Below, piece by piece: positions 50,520-61,294 of a stretch of DNA of 64,000 bases. Each line of letters opens with the position of its first letter. Position 1 is the stretch's first letter. The notes below the pieces were generated by a model that was not told where the DNA came from, ran no database searches, and saw only the letters and a program-made list of their open reading frames with translations. Origin of the DNA: Calditrichaceae bacterium (lineage in GTDB: Bacteria > Calditrichota > Calditrichia > Calditrichales > JBFXGD01); NCBI GenBank assembly GCA_050173015.1, contig JBFXLE010000016.1:1-64000 (forward strand), written 5' to 3'. Made by a program: the position numbers and the translations under genes.

Positions 50520-50532
50520 GAATCACCAAACA

Positions 50533-51771
50533 TCAATTAGCCCAAATCGTTTTCCAGTCAATCGGATAGTTGAACTCAGCATTCGCCAAGGCTCTCGGCC
50601 ATATAAGCTTCAATTCATCGTCAACCCATTGTACTACATAGGTATCCATTTTATTCTGGTGAATTTTATTGCCGTATGAAACAAATTTCACCGGACCGAA
50701 CACGGTCATCATATCCGTATTATCAAGCGCTTTTTTGATGGATTCCGAATCGTATTTGCCTTCACAGCGCTTCAACACGTCCTCGACCACCTGGGCCGCG
50801 GCATACGCTTCCGCACCGTGGTAATCGGGTCCGTCGCCACCGAATTTAGAAATGTAATCATCAAAATATTCTTTAGCGCCGGGAATGGGCAGAGTCTCAT
50901 GCCATAATGTGGCGGAAAGAACCATTTTCGAAGCCGCTCCCGCGTTTTCCTTAAATGCCGGCATTGTATAACCCGCTCCGGCCCCCACGAACAGTTTGGG
51001 CTGGAAATCCAATTCACGGGATTGTTTCATTAATAACGCCGCGTCCATAACATATGAAATCATATACATCATATCAGGATTAGATTTTTTCGCATTCATC
51101 AGTAATGGTTTAAAATCAACTGTCCCGCTTGAATACGAATCCAATCCCTTTACTTCGATTCCAAGTTTTTCACTTGATTCTTTAAACGAATCCGCGCCTT
51201 TGGTACCGAACGCCGTGTTTTCGTGGAGAATATAAACAGACTTTGGTTTAACAACTTCCGTCAGTAATCCCTCCAGGCCTGATGCGTATTCCGATACCGG
51301 TGGATTGAGTCGGTAAACATAAAACCTGTCACCGTCATTTACGGTCAGGTTAAAGTCTTCGGGCTGAGTAATTTTGTCCACAGAACCGGTATTCACCAGA
51401 AATGGAATTCTGTACTGCTGAGCGACCGCGGCGGCGGCGAAAGTAACCGAAGAACTGTATCCGCCTGCAATGAGCGGCACTTTATTTACATTAATCAGTT
51501 TTTCCGCGGCTGATCGCCCCACATCGGGTTTACCCGTATCGTCTTCATAAACAAATTCCAGCATCCTGCCGTTGATACCACCCGCGGCGTTAATTTTATC
51601 TTTTGCCATTTCATAGGAGTTTTTCTCCATTTCACCAAAATTCGCCTGAGAACCGGTTAACGGAAGCAAAACACCGATTGTGATTGGACCGCTTTCTTTT
51701 TTGGCGCATCCGTCGAGTCCAATCATCATAAAAATGATAGAAGCAATAACCAGAATCTTAAAAATCTTCAT
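50533..51771 (-). CDS. HAAT/Liv-type substrate-binding lipoprotein
   Basis: LDGC lipobox; IGVLLPLTG, INAAGGINGR, GGYSS. Confidence 0.9.
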   Translation of the reverse strand: MKIFKILVIASIIFMMIGLDGCAKKESGPITIGVLLPLTGSQANFGEMEKNSYEMAKDKINAAGGINGRMLEFVYEDDTGKPDVGRSAAEKLINVNKVPLIAGGYSSSVTFAAAAVAQQYRIPFLVNTGSVDKITQPEDFNLTVNDGDRFYVYRLNPPVSEYASGLEGLLTEVVKPKSVYILHENTAFGTKGADSFKESSEKLGIEVKGLDSYSSGTVDFKPLLMNAKKSNPDMMYMISYVMDAALLMKQSRELDFQPKLFVGAGAGYTMPAFKENAGAASKMVLSATLWHETLPIPGAKEYFDDYISKFGGDGPDYHGAEAYAAAQVVEDVLKRCEGKYDSESIKKALDNTDMMTVFGPVKFVSYGNKIHQNKMDTYVVQWVDDELKLIWPRALANAEFNYPIDWKTIWAN

Positions 51772-51882
51772 GTTACCCCCACCCGGGTATCCCGGGTTTA
51801 AATTTTTGAATAAATGAGGAAGGTTCTGTTATTTATAAATAAAAATCAGGGGACTGTTCTGAAAAGCCCCCTGGAAAGTGAA

Positions 51883-52887
51883 TCAGAAAACCAGCTGAAA
51901 CATTATGTAGAATATATTATTGTCGATATTCGCGTCTTCATCCTGAATGACATAGGCTGCCGTAATATTTGACGCAGACCATTTTTCGGGAAAAAACGCG
52001 TATGAGGCACCGAAAGTGATATCCGTTTCTTCGTTCTTATCAACATCCGTATTTGGATCAACCTGTTCCCAACGCGCCAGAAGTTCGATGTTATTCTGAA
52101 TACGATAAGCGCCAAAAATATAATATCCGTTAAAGGTGACATCTTTAGGTCCGTTTTTATCTACAACCGCTACATACTCCGCTTTTACCCGATAAGGGAG
52201 CGGCTCAAAATAAAGATAACCCGAATAACTGGAATATTCATTAAAATATTTGTTGCCCATACCATAATACCCGCCGGCTTCAAGACCCTTTACAGTGGCA
52301 GGTTTATAGGTCAGCATACCACTCACCGCGGCGCCCGTGGTCTGTGTGCTGGCCGTTGATTTATGGGAAGGTTTGATATTTACCGCTCCATCGCCATTAT
52401 GCAGGGTGATATTATAACTGATATCACTAAATTTGCCCAATAAAGCCATACCATAATCACGATAATCCGCGCCAATAGTCATCGAACCCCATTTCTGGGC
52501 CGAAACCGGACGCTCAATAATATCTATGACTGTATGTGAAGTCAAACCACCACCGCGCATACCTGCTCCGATAAATCGGCCGACCCTGAGCTCAGCGTTT
52601 TCAGATAATTTGTATTGAATACGAGCATCAAGCAATTTGGGAGTGGTAAGTTCCATTTGAACAAATGCTTTTAGATTTGGTCCCATTGTTCCTGTGAAGC
52701 GCAGCCTGACCCTGCGGAGTCCAAATCCTGCTTCGGCAGTATCCGTGTCCGTTTGCGCGAAACTTCCCCAAAATTGGACCGTACCATTTGTTTTTACCGT
52801 AATATCGGGCATTTCACCGGCATGAGAGATATTTGTAAAGAGGAAAAACAAGGCAAATGAAAATAATAGTGTGGTAAATTTTCGCAT
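51883..52887 (-). CDS. Porin, OprO/OprP-like
   Basis: Signal peptide; FGLRRVRLRFTG, LLDA, RDYG; C-terminal QLVF. Confidence 0.8.
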   Translation of the reverse strand: MRKFTTLLFSFALFFLFTNISHAGEMPDITVKTNGTVQFWGSFAQTDTDTAEAGFGLRRVRLRFTGTMGPNLKAFVQMELTTPKLLDARIQYKLSENAELRVGRFIGAGMRGGGLTSHTVIDIIERPVSAQKWGSMTIGADYRDYGMALLGKFSDISYNITLHNGDGAVNIKPSHKSTASTQTTGAAVSGMLTYKPATVKGLEAGGYYGMGNKYFNEYSSYSGYLYFEPLPYRVKAEYVAVVDKNGPKDVTFNGYYIFGAYRIQNNIELLARWEQVDPNTDVDKNEETDITFGASYAFFPEKWSASNITAAYVIQDEDANIDNNIFYIMFQLVF

Positions 52888-52993
52888 TCCGCCTCCTAAA
52901 ATGAAATTAAATTATAATGTCAATTAGCAAATACGTAATCCCTTAGCAGATAAATACACCTTTCATTTAAATAGACCAACATCCATGTGATAA

Positions 52994-53009
52994 TGCAACG
53001 GGTATGCCA
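52994..53009 (-). promoter_or_regulatory. Sigma54 -24/-12 promoter of the porin-ABC operon
   Basis: Minus strand TGGCATACCCGTTGCA; adjacent to a sigma54 activator gene. Confidence 0.85.
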
Positions 53010-53129
53010 AAGAAATGATTTGGTTGAAGAACAGCGTCAAGCTTTGTCTGAGCTTAAATTGCGTTGATAAGGTGGGATGAAAAAAATTCCGGGGAACTCA
53101 ACAAAATGGCTAAAATTGACCAATAATGG

Positions 53130-54524
53130 CTAAGAATCACCATTCCCGATATTAAATTTACTTAATTTATACCGGAGCGTCTCTCTTGGTATTTTTAGAA
53201 TTCTGGCTGCTTTGCTCGTGTTTTTACTACTAAGCGTATAGGCCATCTCCAGCAGCTTAATCTCAGTTTCTTTCATAATTTCGTCTAATGAACGTCTTCC
53301 CAAATCAGATTTCCGGGGAAAATCGCCGGATTCGTTTTCAAACTGAGCATTTATCAATTCACGGGGAAGATGCCGTACTTCGATAATAGATTCTTTTTGA
53401 AGAATGCAGATTCGCTCCATAATATTTTTTAATTCGCGCACATTGCCGGGCCAGCTGTATTGAAGCAAAATATTTTTTGTATCATCAGAGCATCCTTTGA
53501 TTTTTTTATTAAATTTCCTATTGAAATGATCGAGGAAAAATTCCGCCAGTATGAAAATATCATCGGGACGTTCCCTTAATGGAGGAACTTCAATTCGCAA
53601 TACATTCAGTCTGTAATACAAATCTTCTCTGAATTCTTTATTGATGATTGCTTCTTTAATATTTTTATTTGTTGCCGCGATGATTCGCAGATTCACTTCG
53701 ATATCATTGGTAGAACCCAGACGCCGGAATTTTTTATTTTCTATAACCCTTAAGAGTTTTGCCTGGAGCGCCAAACTCATCTCGCCGATTTCATCCAAAA
53801 ACAGTGTTCCATCATCCGCGCGTTCAAGCAATCCTGTTTTTCTGCTTTTTGCATCTGTAAAAGCGCCCTTTTCATATCCGAACAATTCACTTTCAAGCAG
53901 TGTCTCCGGTATCGACGCGCAATTTACTTCTATAAATTCTTTTTCCGCTCTTGGGCTTAATGTATGCAGAGCCGATGCCACCAGTTCTTTACCAGAACCG
54001 CTTTCGCCGGTTATTAGAACCGTTTCGGTACCGTGCTTTGCGTATTCTGAAATCTGGTGTTTAACATGTTCCATTACGGAACTCGAACTTAGGATCAGAT
54101 CCATGCCTTTTTTTTCCTGCTTCTCCTTCAGCTGCTTCACCGTTCTCTTGAGACTCTGGGTTTCCAATGCCAGGCGCGTGATTAGTTTAATGGCGTCTGC
54201 CTTAAACGGTTTCTTAATGTAATCATAAGCGCCCAGTTTAATCGCTTCGACTGCCGATTCAACAGAGGCGTATCCGGTGACGACAATCACCAGCAGGTCG
54301 GGTTGGATTTGTTTCATCTGTTCAAGAATCTTAATTCCATGCATATCAGGTAGATTTAAATCCAGTAAAGCAAGATCGATCTCTTCCTTTTTTACCGTTT
54401 CCATTGCTTTTTTGCCGTTACTCACCGTCAAAACACGGTATTTTTCCTCCGTGAAAATACGTTTTAAATTTAGCCTGATAAATTCTTCGTCATCAACCAC
54501 GAGAACGGTTTTTTGTTTTGTCAT
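53130..54524 (-). CDS. Sigma54-dependent response regulator (NtrC/AtoC family)
   Basis: Receiver domain; GESGSGKE, ESELFGYEKGAFTDA, LFLDEIGE, WPGNVREL; Fis-type HTH. Confidence 0.95.
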   Translation of the reverse strand: MTKQKTVLVVDDEEFIRLNLKRIFTEEKYRVLTVSNGKKAMETVKKEEIDLALLDLNLPDMHGIKILEQMKQIQPDLLVIVVTGYASVESAVEAIKLGAYDYIKKPFKADAIKLITRLALETQSLKRTVKQLKEKQEKKGMDLILSSSSVMEHVKHQISEYAKHGTETVLITGESGSGKELVASALHTLSPRAEKEFIEVNCASIPETLLESELFGYEKGAFTDAKSRKTGLLERADDGTLFLDEIGEMSLALQAKLLRVIENKKFRRLGSTNDIEVNLRIIAATNKNIKEAIINKEFREDLYYRLNVLRIEVPPLRERPDDIFILAEFFLDHFNRKFNKKIKGCSDDTKNILLQYSWPGNVRELKNIMERICILQKESIIEVRHLPRELINAQFENESGDFPRKSDLGRRSLDEIMKETEIKLLEMAYTLSSKNTSKAARILKIPRETLRYKLSKFNIGNGDS

Positions 54525-54539
54525 GAAATTTCCTTCCGC

Positions 54540-57500
54540 TTATGCCTTTACAGACCCATTAGGAACAGGCAGATAAATTGCGAATACCGTTCCTTTACCC
54601 TCAATGCTTCGCACTTCTATTTTCCCACGGTGCTCAGAAATAATACTGTGGGTGATGGATAATCCCAGTCCTGTTCCGCCTCTTTTTTTAGTATAAAACG
54701 GATCAAAAATTTTCTCCTGATCACTCACTGAAATACCCGGTCCTGTATCTTCGATAATAATTTCAATCCAGGAATTGCCGTTTTCATTACTTTTGACTCC
54801 CTGATATGAACCGCCCAGACGTCCGTTTTCAGAGAAAGATGTAGATACGGTTAATTGACCTCCCTGAGGCATGACCTGTATGGAATTTATAATAATATTT
54901 AGCAGGGCCTGACGTATTTTTTCAGAATCCATCATAATATCGGGGACTTGCGGATTTAATCCGGTATTAACAATTATATTAGAATTGTTGCACTGTTTAT
55001 CAACAAACCGCAATGTCGTGTCAATAAGTTTGTTAATATCCTTTAAGGCCAACTGACCTTTCGAGGGGGCGGCATAATCCAATAATTCGTTGATTAAATT
55101 TTCGAGCCGTTCCACTTCGGTCAGGGCCTGTTCAACGACCATTGTGATCTCAGGCGTATTGGAAACTTTGTCATGCAGATCATCAAGGAATAAACTAATC
55201 CCGGTTAGGGGATTCCTTATTTCATGAGCGATTCCGGCGGCAAACCGACCGAGAGAAGCCAGTCTGTCAATACGTTTCAGATGGTCGTCGATATGTTTTT
55301 TATCAGTCGTATCCTGCAGTATGACGATGACCCCGGTACTCTCTCCTTTTGAGTTATGAAGAACAGAAACGTTCACCATTACAAAACGGATACCTTCGGT
55401 TGTATATAATTCGAGATTATAACCGTGGTAAAATCCTTTTGACTTTATGGATTTCTGAACTTCATCAATCACATACTGATGATTTTTGAAAACCTGCCAG
55501 ACAGTCCTTCCGATGATCTCACCGCGGTTAACATTCAAAATCAGTCTTGCTGATCTGTTGATACTGGTAATTTTTCCGTTTGTATCAGTGGTGATAACCC
55601 CGTTGAGCATGTACCTCAATACATCTTCAACAAAATTTTTCTGCTGTATTATTTCCTGATACAATTGTGTGTTTTCAATGACTCTGGCCGCCTGATTAGC
55701 CAGAATCTGAAGCGAATTTATATCCAAATCCGAAATTATCTCTTTAGTCAACAATTTATCGGCGCCAAGAATACCGATAATTGTCTCTTTAATTTTCAAG
55801 GGAATAAATACAAAGGAATTACTCTTTCCAAGCTTTCTTATTTTATTGTCAAGCGGTGTCGCTTCTGAATAGACCTTAAAATCATCGACCCTGATAATCC
55901 TGCCGGTCTTTACAACCCGTGTCTCGATACAATCAAATCGCTGCAGATTGTACTTTGATCTGCGCGCCAGGCGTTCCTGTTCCTCAGAAAAACCAAATGT
56001 TTCTCGGCACTCAAGATATTTTCCGCTATCATCTATCAGATAAAGGATGGCGCGGTCAAATCCCATACTTTCGACTGAATTTTGAAGGATTAGCCTGAGT
56101 ACTTTATTGATATCAAAGGTAGTCCCGAGAATATTGCTGATTTTTTGGATTGTTTTGAATATTTTGACCTGGTATTCCAGATCCCGCGCGTAATTTTCAG
56201 TTTCGTTTTTTGAAATTTCAAGCGTCTTCATCGAACTCAGCAATTCTCTCTTGCTTTTTTTAAGTTCATAAGCCATGAAGTTAAAAACCATTCCTAAAAC
56301 GCCAATTTCATCTCTTCTCTGAATATTGATGACTTCATCGAGATGCCCATCCGCCAGTCTGCCGGCCGCGTCTGTAATTTTTAGAAGAGGGCGTGAAAAA
56401 CTCCTGGAAATAAACCATGAAGATATTCCGGCAAACGCGAAGGTGATTAATATAAACCAGACAATATTATTGCGGATGAACATGATAATTTTGCTGAAAT
56501 CATTGGCAATTGAAAGAGCGGGATGTTGAAAACGCCCTATTTCCGCGCCGATCGTAATGGCGCCGAAAATCCCGAATTTTTTATAATCTCCTCTATCGTA
56601 AAATATCGGGGCATATGCCATCACTTTCTTTATTCCGCCCACATTCGTAGTCACTACCGCTCCCGAAGCGCCCTTGCGAACCTGTTCGGCGACATAGGGA
56701 TATCCCTGATCAATAAATCCCGCTTCATCGAGATTAAATGGTATTCTCCCTTCCGCCACCGCTTCCGGCGGAGAATCCGCTTTATAAGGCGGAACCCATT
56801 CTCCGTTCTTATCCAACCCCCGTATATCCCAAAATTTCGGGTGCGTAATGATCCATCCTTCATCATCAAACATAAAAGCGTAATCTCCCGAACTATAAAC
56901 CGGGAATACCGTCGTCGTTTTCTGATTGGGCAGGATGTGTTGGGTAAATTCCATAAGATGCCTGTGATCCAACGCCAGCGTCACAATCCCCCTGAACTCA
57001 CCGTAGTCATAAAGCGGAGCGGCGAAACGCACTACTCCATGGTATTTCTTGCCTTCAACGGCTTCGTCTATGGTCGCGGCGTTCTGAAGTTGTTCCTTCC
57101 GGCTGACATGAAAACCCGTTACATGAGATACATATATTTCATTCCCGGTCAGTTCCGCGGTTTCCTGAAAATATGTTTCGGCTAAGTATGTGGTATTTTT
57201 CGGATTTCGCACATTCTTTAGTGATTTTTTTGGAATGAGTATATTATCCTGTATTTTTAATTTTTCATTTCCTTCGGCGTCAATGATGGCGATTTCTTTA
57301 TAAAGGGGAATAAGGACCCTTTCTTCAGACGGATACTCATTGGTTCCGCCTCTCACCCAGATCTCCGATTTATGCTGATTATTGAAATAATGATAATTTG
57401 TTTCAGTCGGAATGACATCTTTGAGCGACATAAGATCATGTTCGCACTGTTTCAAAAATTTTTGCATCATTCTGGCGGTTAGCACTGCCTGCAATTCCAT

Positions 57501-57722
57501 TGACTCCTGTGTCTTTTGATCAATGGACTGTAAAACCTGATTGTAAATATCACTTTTAAGCGAATTCATCGTGTACAACGTAAAAAATCCGAATATTAAT
57601 AAAGGCAGTATGGCAATTACAAGAAACGACAGCAGGAATTTTTTAAAGATGCCGAGGCTAAAATCCGGCAGATAACTCAGATATTTGTTTTTTTGTGGTG
57701 ATTCTGACGGGTACTCGTTCAA
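54540..57722 (-). CDS. Sensor histidine kinase (Cache-like, HAMP, GAF, PAS, HisKA, HATPase)
   Basis: Two TM helices around a large periplasmic domain; RRDEIG HAMP; AHEIRNPL; DTGPGI; GTGLGL. Confidence 0.92.
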   Translation of the reverse strand: MNEYPSESPQKNKYLSYLPDFSLGIFKKFLLSFLVIAILPLLIFGFFTLYTMNSLKSDIYNQVLQSIDQKTQESMELQAVLTARMMQKFLKQCEHDLMSLKDVIPTETNYHYFNNQHKSEIWVRGGTNEYPSEERVLIPLYKEIAIIDAEGNEKLKIQDNILIPKKSLKNVRNPKNTTYLAETYFQETAELTGNEIYVSHVTGFHVSRKEQLQNAATIDEAVEGKKYHGVVRFAAPLYDYGEFRGIVTLALDHRHLMEFTQHILPNQKTTTVFPVYSSGDYAFMFDDEGWIITHPKFWDIRGLDKNGEWVPPYKADSPPEAVAEGRIPFNLDEAGFIDQGYPYVAEQVRKGASGAVVTTNVGGIKKVMAYAPIFYDRGDYKKFGIFGAITIGAEIGRFQHPALSIANDFSKIIMFIRNNIVWFILITFAFAGISSWFISRSFSRPLLKITDAAGRLADGHLDEVINIQRRDEIGVLGMVFNFMAYELKKSKRELLSSMKTLEISKNETENYARDLEYQVKIFKTIQKISNILGTTFDINKVLRLILQNSVESMGFDRAILYLIDDSGKYLECRETFGFSEEQERLARRSKYNLQRFDCIETRVVKTGRIIRVDDFKVYSEATPLDNKIRKLGKSNSFVFIPLKIKETIIGILGADKLLTKEIISDLDINSLQILANQAARVIENTQLYQEIIQQKNFVEDVLRYMLNGVITTDTNGKITSINRSARLILNVNRGEIIGRTVWQVFKNHQYVIDEVQKSIKSKGFYHGYNLELYTTEGIRFVMVNVSVLHNSKGESTGVIVILQDTTDKKHIDDHLKRIDRLASLGRFAAGIAHEIRNPLTGISLFLDDLHDKVSNTPEITMVVEQALTEVERLENLINELLDYAAPSKGQLALKDINKLIDTTLRFVDKQCNNSNIIVNTGLNPQVPDIMMDSEKIRQALLNIIINSIQVMPQGGQLTVSTSFSENGRLGGSYQGVKSNENGNSWIEIIIEDTGPGISVSDQEKIFDPFYTKKRGGTGLGLSITHSIISEHRGKIEVRSIEGKGTVFAIYLPVPNGSVKA

Positions 57723-57932
57723 ATTATTCTTTCTGAAATGATTTTACTTGAGATTCTCCGAACAATAAATATTAAGATTTTGATATTTCAAAATCAACTG
57801 TGATTCAATTCACAAGACATCAGCTCATCTATTTACTTTGCGGTTCTATTCTTACAACGTGAAAATCTCTGTCTTTATTTTGCCTTAACCCGCAAAACTC
57901 ATTTGTTTTTTGATGAGAATTTTTTATATTTG

Positions 57933-57948
57933 GTGTACTTATGTACAC
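57933..57948. promoter_or_regulatory. Candidate LexA (SOS) box
   Basis: GTGTAC-TTAT-GTACAC palindrome between a TATATT -10-like hexamer and the RBS of the polymerase gene. Confidence 0.6.
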
Positions 57949-57960
57949 TTGGAGATAAGA

Positions 57961-60900
57961 ATGAACGGATTCGTACACCTTCATACACACAGTTATTACA
58001 GCCTCCTGGATGGTATTTCTTCTCCGGAAGAACTGGTTATTGCCGCCAAAAAAAGCGGCATGAAAGCGCTCGCGCTAACCGATCATAACAGTCTTTACGG
58101 CGCGATCGAATTTTATCAGACCGCGAAAAAATACAATCTGAAAGCGATCATAGGCGCCCAATTGCGGCTTTCGGACGGCTTTGATCTCATTTTTCTGGTA
58201 AAAGATGATACCGGTTACCGGAATTTATGCAATATGATCTCAATCGGGCAGTTAAACGGGGGCCATCTTAAATTCCGGTTAGACCTTAAAGATGTTTTTC
58301 GTTATAAAGACGGATTAATTGTTTTGTCCGGCGGTCACAAAGGAAAGATTTTTCATTTGCTCCACAGTCGTCGGTTTGATGAGGCAATAAATGAAGCCTG
58401 TCTGTTGCAAAGTCAGTTCGGAGAAGATTTTTTCCTCGAAATGCAGCATTTTTCACCACAGCATACTATTATCAATCTAAGGCTCCGTGATATATCGGCG
58501 GAATATAAAATTCCGCTGGCGGCGACCAATGATGTCCATTTTGTTTCACTGAAAGACTGGTCACTAAGGCGTGTTTTACATGCAATCGACGCCAACACAG
58601 TCTCAGGCAAGATCGAAACCGCGGGAAGTTCCGAGCAGCACCTAAAATCCACCGGGATGATGGAAGAGATGTTTGGAGTTTTTCCTACAGCTCTGACGAA
58701 CACTCAGCGCATCGCGGGAATGTGCCATTTTGAGTTTGATCTTGGAAAGCCTATTTTCCCTTCGATTGAACTACCGGAGGGTGAAACAGGATTTTCATAT
58801 TTATGGAAAAAAAGTTTTGAAGGCGCGACCAAACGTTATAAACCGTTGACCCGCGAAGTCATTAAGCGGCTTCAGTATGAACTGCAAACCATCCATGACC
58901 TTGGATTTGCTGAATACTTTTTGATTGTCAAAAACATCGTCGATTACTGCCATAAGAGTCATATTCCGTGTGTAGGGCGCGGATCAGCCGCCGACAGTCT
59001 CGTTTCTTACGTGCTTGAAATTACCCAGGTCGATCCCATCCGCCACAATTTGTATTTTGAACGCTTTCTTAATCCGGAACGCGCCGATCCGCCGGATATT
59101 GATCTGGATATTTGCTGGAAGAACAGAGACCGCGTACTCACCTATGTTTATGAGAAATACGGCAATGACCGGGTCGCCATGATTTGCACTTTCAACACCT
59201 TTCAGGTGCGTTCGGCCATACGTGATGTGGCCAAAACCTACGGTCTGCCCGAAGATGAAATCGGCAAACTGACCAAACATCTGCCGCACCGCGCTATCGA
59301 ACAGCTTGAAGAAACGATTAACAGCCTGCCGGAATTACGCGAACTGCGCCACAATCTATCCCTGTATGAGGAAATCATTCGCATCGCCCATCGTATTGCC
59401 GATTTTCCCCGTCATCTTTCCATTCACCCCGGAGGTGTTATTATCGCGCCGGACCGGATCACCAATCATACCCCGCTGGAAATGGCCGGAAAAGGAATTG
59501 TTATCTCTCAGTACGATATGTATTCCATCGAAAAACTGGGGCTGGTTAAAATGGATCTTCTCGGCGTGCGCTCGCTTAGCGTTATTACGGACTGTATCCG
59601 AACTGTGAAGAAAAAAACTGAATCCGGCGATCTGAAAGCCGTTGCGGAAAAACATAAAAAAACGCCCGATTTTCTCCTAAAAAACAGCGATGAACTCTCT
59701 CCGCTTGATCTAAAAACGATTCCCGGGGAAGATCCCCATGTTACCGCTTATATCCGTTCCGGACAGACCATGTGTTGTTTTCAGCTGGAAAGTCCCGCCA
59801 TGCGCGGGTTGTTAAAAAAAATGATGATCGAAGGCGTCGACGATGTCATTACGGCGGTTGCGCTGATACGGCCGGGGGCATCGGGCAGCGGTATGAAAGA
59901 GATTTATATAAGACGGCGCGCGGGACTAGAAAGAACCACATATATCCATCCTTCCATCGCTCCCGCCCTTGAGGAGACTTATGGGGTCACCATTTATCAG
60001 GAGCAGGTGCTGCGCATTGCCCATCTGGCCGCCGGCCTCAGTCTTGGACAGGCTGATACACTTCGCAGGGCCATGACAAAGTCACGTAATAAAAAAGAAT
60101 TTTTAAACATTCACGGGGCGTTTATTCAGGGCGCTTTAAAAAACGGACTGGACAATCCACAGGCTGAAACAATCTGGCAATTTCTATCGCAATTCGTCGG
60201 CTACGGCTTCAACAAAGCCCATTCGGCCACATACGGCACGATCGCCTATCAGACCGCTTTTTTGAAATATTATTTCCCTCTGGAATATATGTGCGCCGTA
60301 CTTAACAATCAGGGCGGCTTTTATTCCCGGATGGCTTATACAGAAGAGGCGCGGCGTATGGGACTGAAGCTTTTGACTCCGGATGTCAATTATTCGGAAG
60401 CTGATTTTAGCTGTGATAACAACGCCATCCGGACAGGGCTCGGAACGGTGTTTGAACTTACAGAAAAGACAATTCAGTCAATCATTGCCGCCAGAAAAAT
60501 CAAACCTTTTTCCGATTTATTTGATTTTATCAGAAGAACCCGGGCAAACGAAAAAGAGATCGGACACCTTATCAAAGCCGGGGCTCTGTCGTCCATCCAT
60601 CCCAGCGCGCCCCAGCTTCTGCTGCTCAACAGGCTGTATTTCAAAAACAAAAAAAAGACGGCTGTTGTACAGTATGTGGCCGGTGAAACTGAACTGGAAC
60701 CATTTAACGATTATCAAAAAATCATCAACGAAATGGAAATGCTCGATTTTGCCGTCACCGATCACCCCCTGGCTCTTTTTGAACAGCATATTTCCGCTGA
60801 CAGTATCATTCCCTCAACACAAATTGAATCTCATAAAGGTAAATCCGTCACCTGTATCGGTTGGCTGGTCACATCACGGCGCGTTGCCACATCCAAAAAT

Positions 60901-61149
60901 CAATATATGAAGTTTCTCACACTGGAAGATCGTTTCGGCTTGTTTGAAGTCGTCCTTTTCCCTGCCGTTTATAACAGGTTCGGTCAACTAATCCGCACCC
61001 ACGGCCCCTATATTATTACCGGAAAAGTGCAGTCCCGTTTACCCGGAGAAGCCAATCTGATTGTTGATAAACTGGAAATTGTTGCCATGGACAAAAAAGA
61101 GATCGAATTTCTTCTGCAAAAAAGAGAACCGCTGGAATGGAGCGATTAA
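57961..61149 (+). CDS. dnaE: DNA polymerase III alpha subunit, probably DnaE2-type
   Basis: PHP (HLHTHSYYSLLDG, TDH, NDVH), GRGSAA, PDIDLD, RHLSIHPGG, YGFNKAHS, OB fold; ends soon after the OB fold; GGAG RBS favours ATG 57961. Confidence 0.9.
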   Translation: MNGFVHLHTHSYYSLLDGISSPEELVIAAKKSGMKALALTDHNSLYGAIEFYQTAKKYNLKAIIGAQLRLSDGFDLIFLVKDDTGYRNLCNMISIGQLNGGHLKFRLDLKDVFRYKDGLIVLSGGHKGKIFHLLHSRRFDEAINEACLLQSQFGEDFFLEMQHFSPQHTIINLRLRDISAEYKIPLAATNDVHFVSLKDWSLRRVLHAIDANTVSGKIETAGSSEQHLKSTGMMEEMFGVFPTALTNTQRIAGMCHFEFDLGKPIFPSIELPEGETGFSYLWKKSFEGATKRYKPLTREVIKRLQYELQTIHDLGFAEYFLIVKNIVDYCHKSHIPCVGRGSAADSLVSYVLEITQVDPIRHNLYFERFLNPERADPPDIDLDICWKNRDRVLTYVYEKYGNDRVAMICTFNTFQVRSAIRDVAKTYGLPEDEIGKLTKHLPHRAIEQLEETINSLPELRELRHNLSLYEEIIRIAHRIADFPRHLSIHPGGVIIAPDRITNHTPLEMAGKGIVISQYDMYSIEKLGLVKMDLLGVRSLSVITDCIRTVKKKTESGDLKAVAEKHKKTPDFLLKNSDELSPLDLKTIPGEDPHVTAYIRSGQTMCCFQLESPAMRGLLKKMMIEGVDDVITAVALIRPGASGSGMKEIYIRRRAGLERTTYIHPSIAPALEETYGVTIYQEQVLRIAHLAAGLSLGQADTLRRAMTKSRNKKEFLNIHGAFIQGALKNGLDNPQAETIWQFLSQFVGYGFNKAHSATYGTIAYQTAFLKYYFPLEYMCAVLNNQGGFYSRMAYTEEARRMGLKLLTPDVNYSEADFSCDNNAIRTGLGTVFELTEKTIQSIIAARKIKPFSDLFDFIRRTRANEKEIGHLIKAGALSSIHPSAPQLLLLNRLYFKNKKKTAVVQYVAGETELEPFNDYQKIINEMEMLDFAVTDHPLALFEQHISADSIIPSTQIESHKGKSVTCIGWLVTSRRVATSKNQYMKFLTLEDRFGLFEVVLFPAVYNRFGQLIRTHGPYIITGKVQSRLPGEANLIVDKLEIVAMDKKEIEFLLQKREPLEWSD

Positions 61150-61188
61150 TATCACCCCGGCAACAGTTTTTTATTTTTATCTTGCATA

Positions 61189-61294
61189 TATAAACACATT
61201 GCTTATATTTCATATTATATAAGTTTTTTACTTATTTTTAGTTTTATATAAGTCAATTAATTATAAACATATAAATATAATAGAAAGTCTTATA
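61189..61294. promoter_or_regulatory. Four TATAA-N9-TTAT(A/T) palindromes at exact 29-bp spacing
   Basis: Sites start at 61189, 61218, 61247 and 61276; the first overlaps TTGCAT/TATATT promoter-like hexamers. Confidence 0.7.
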
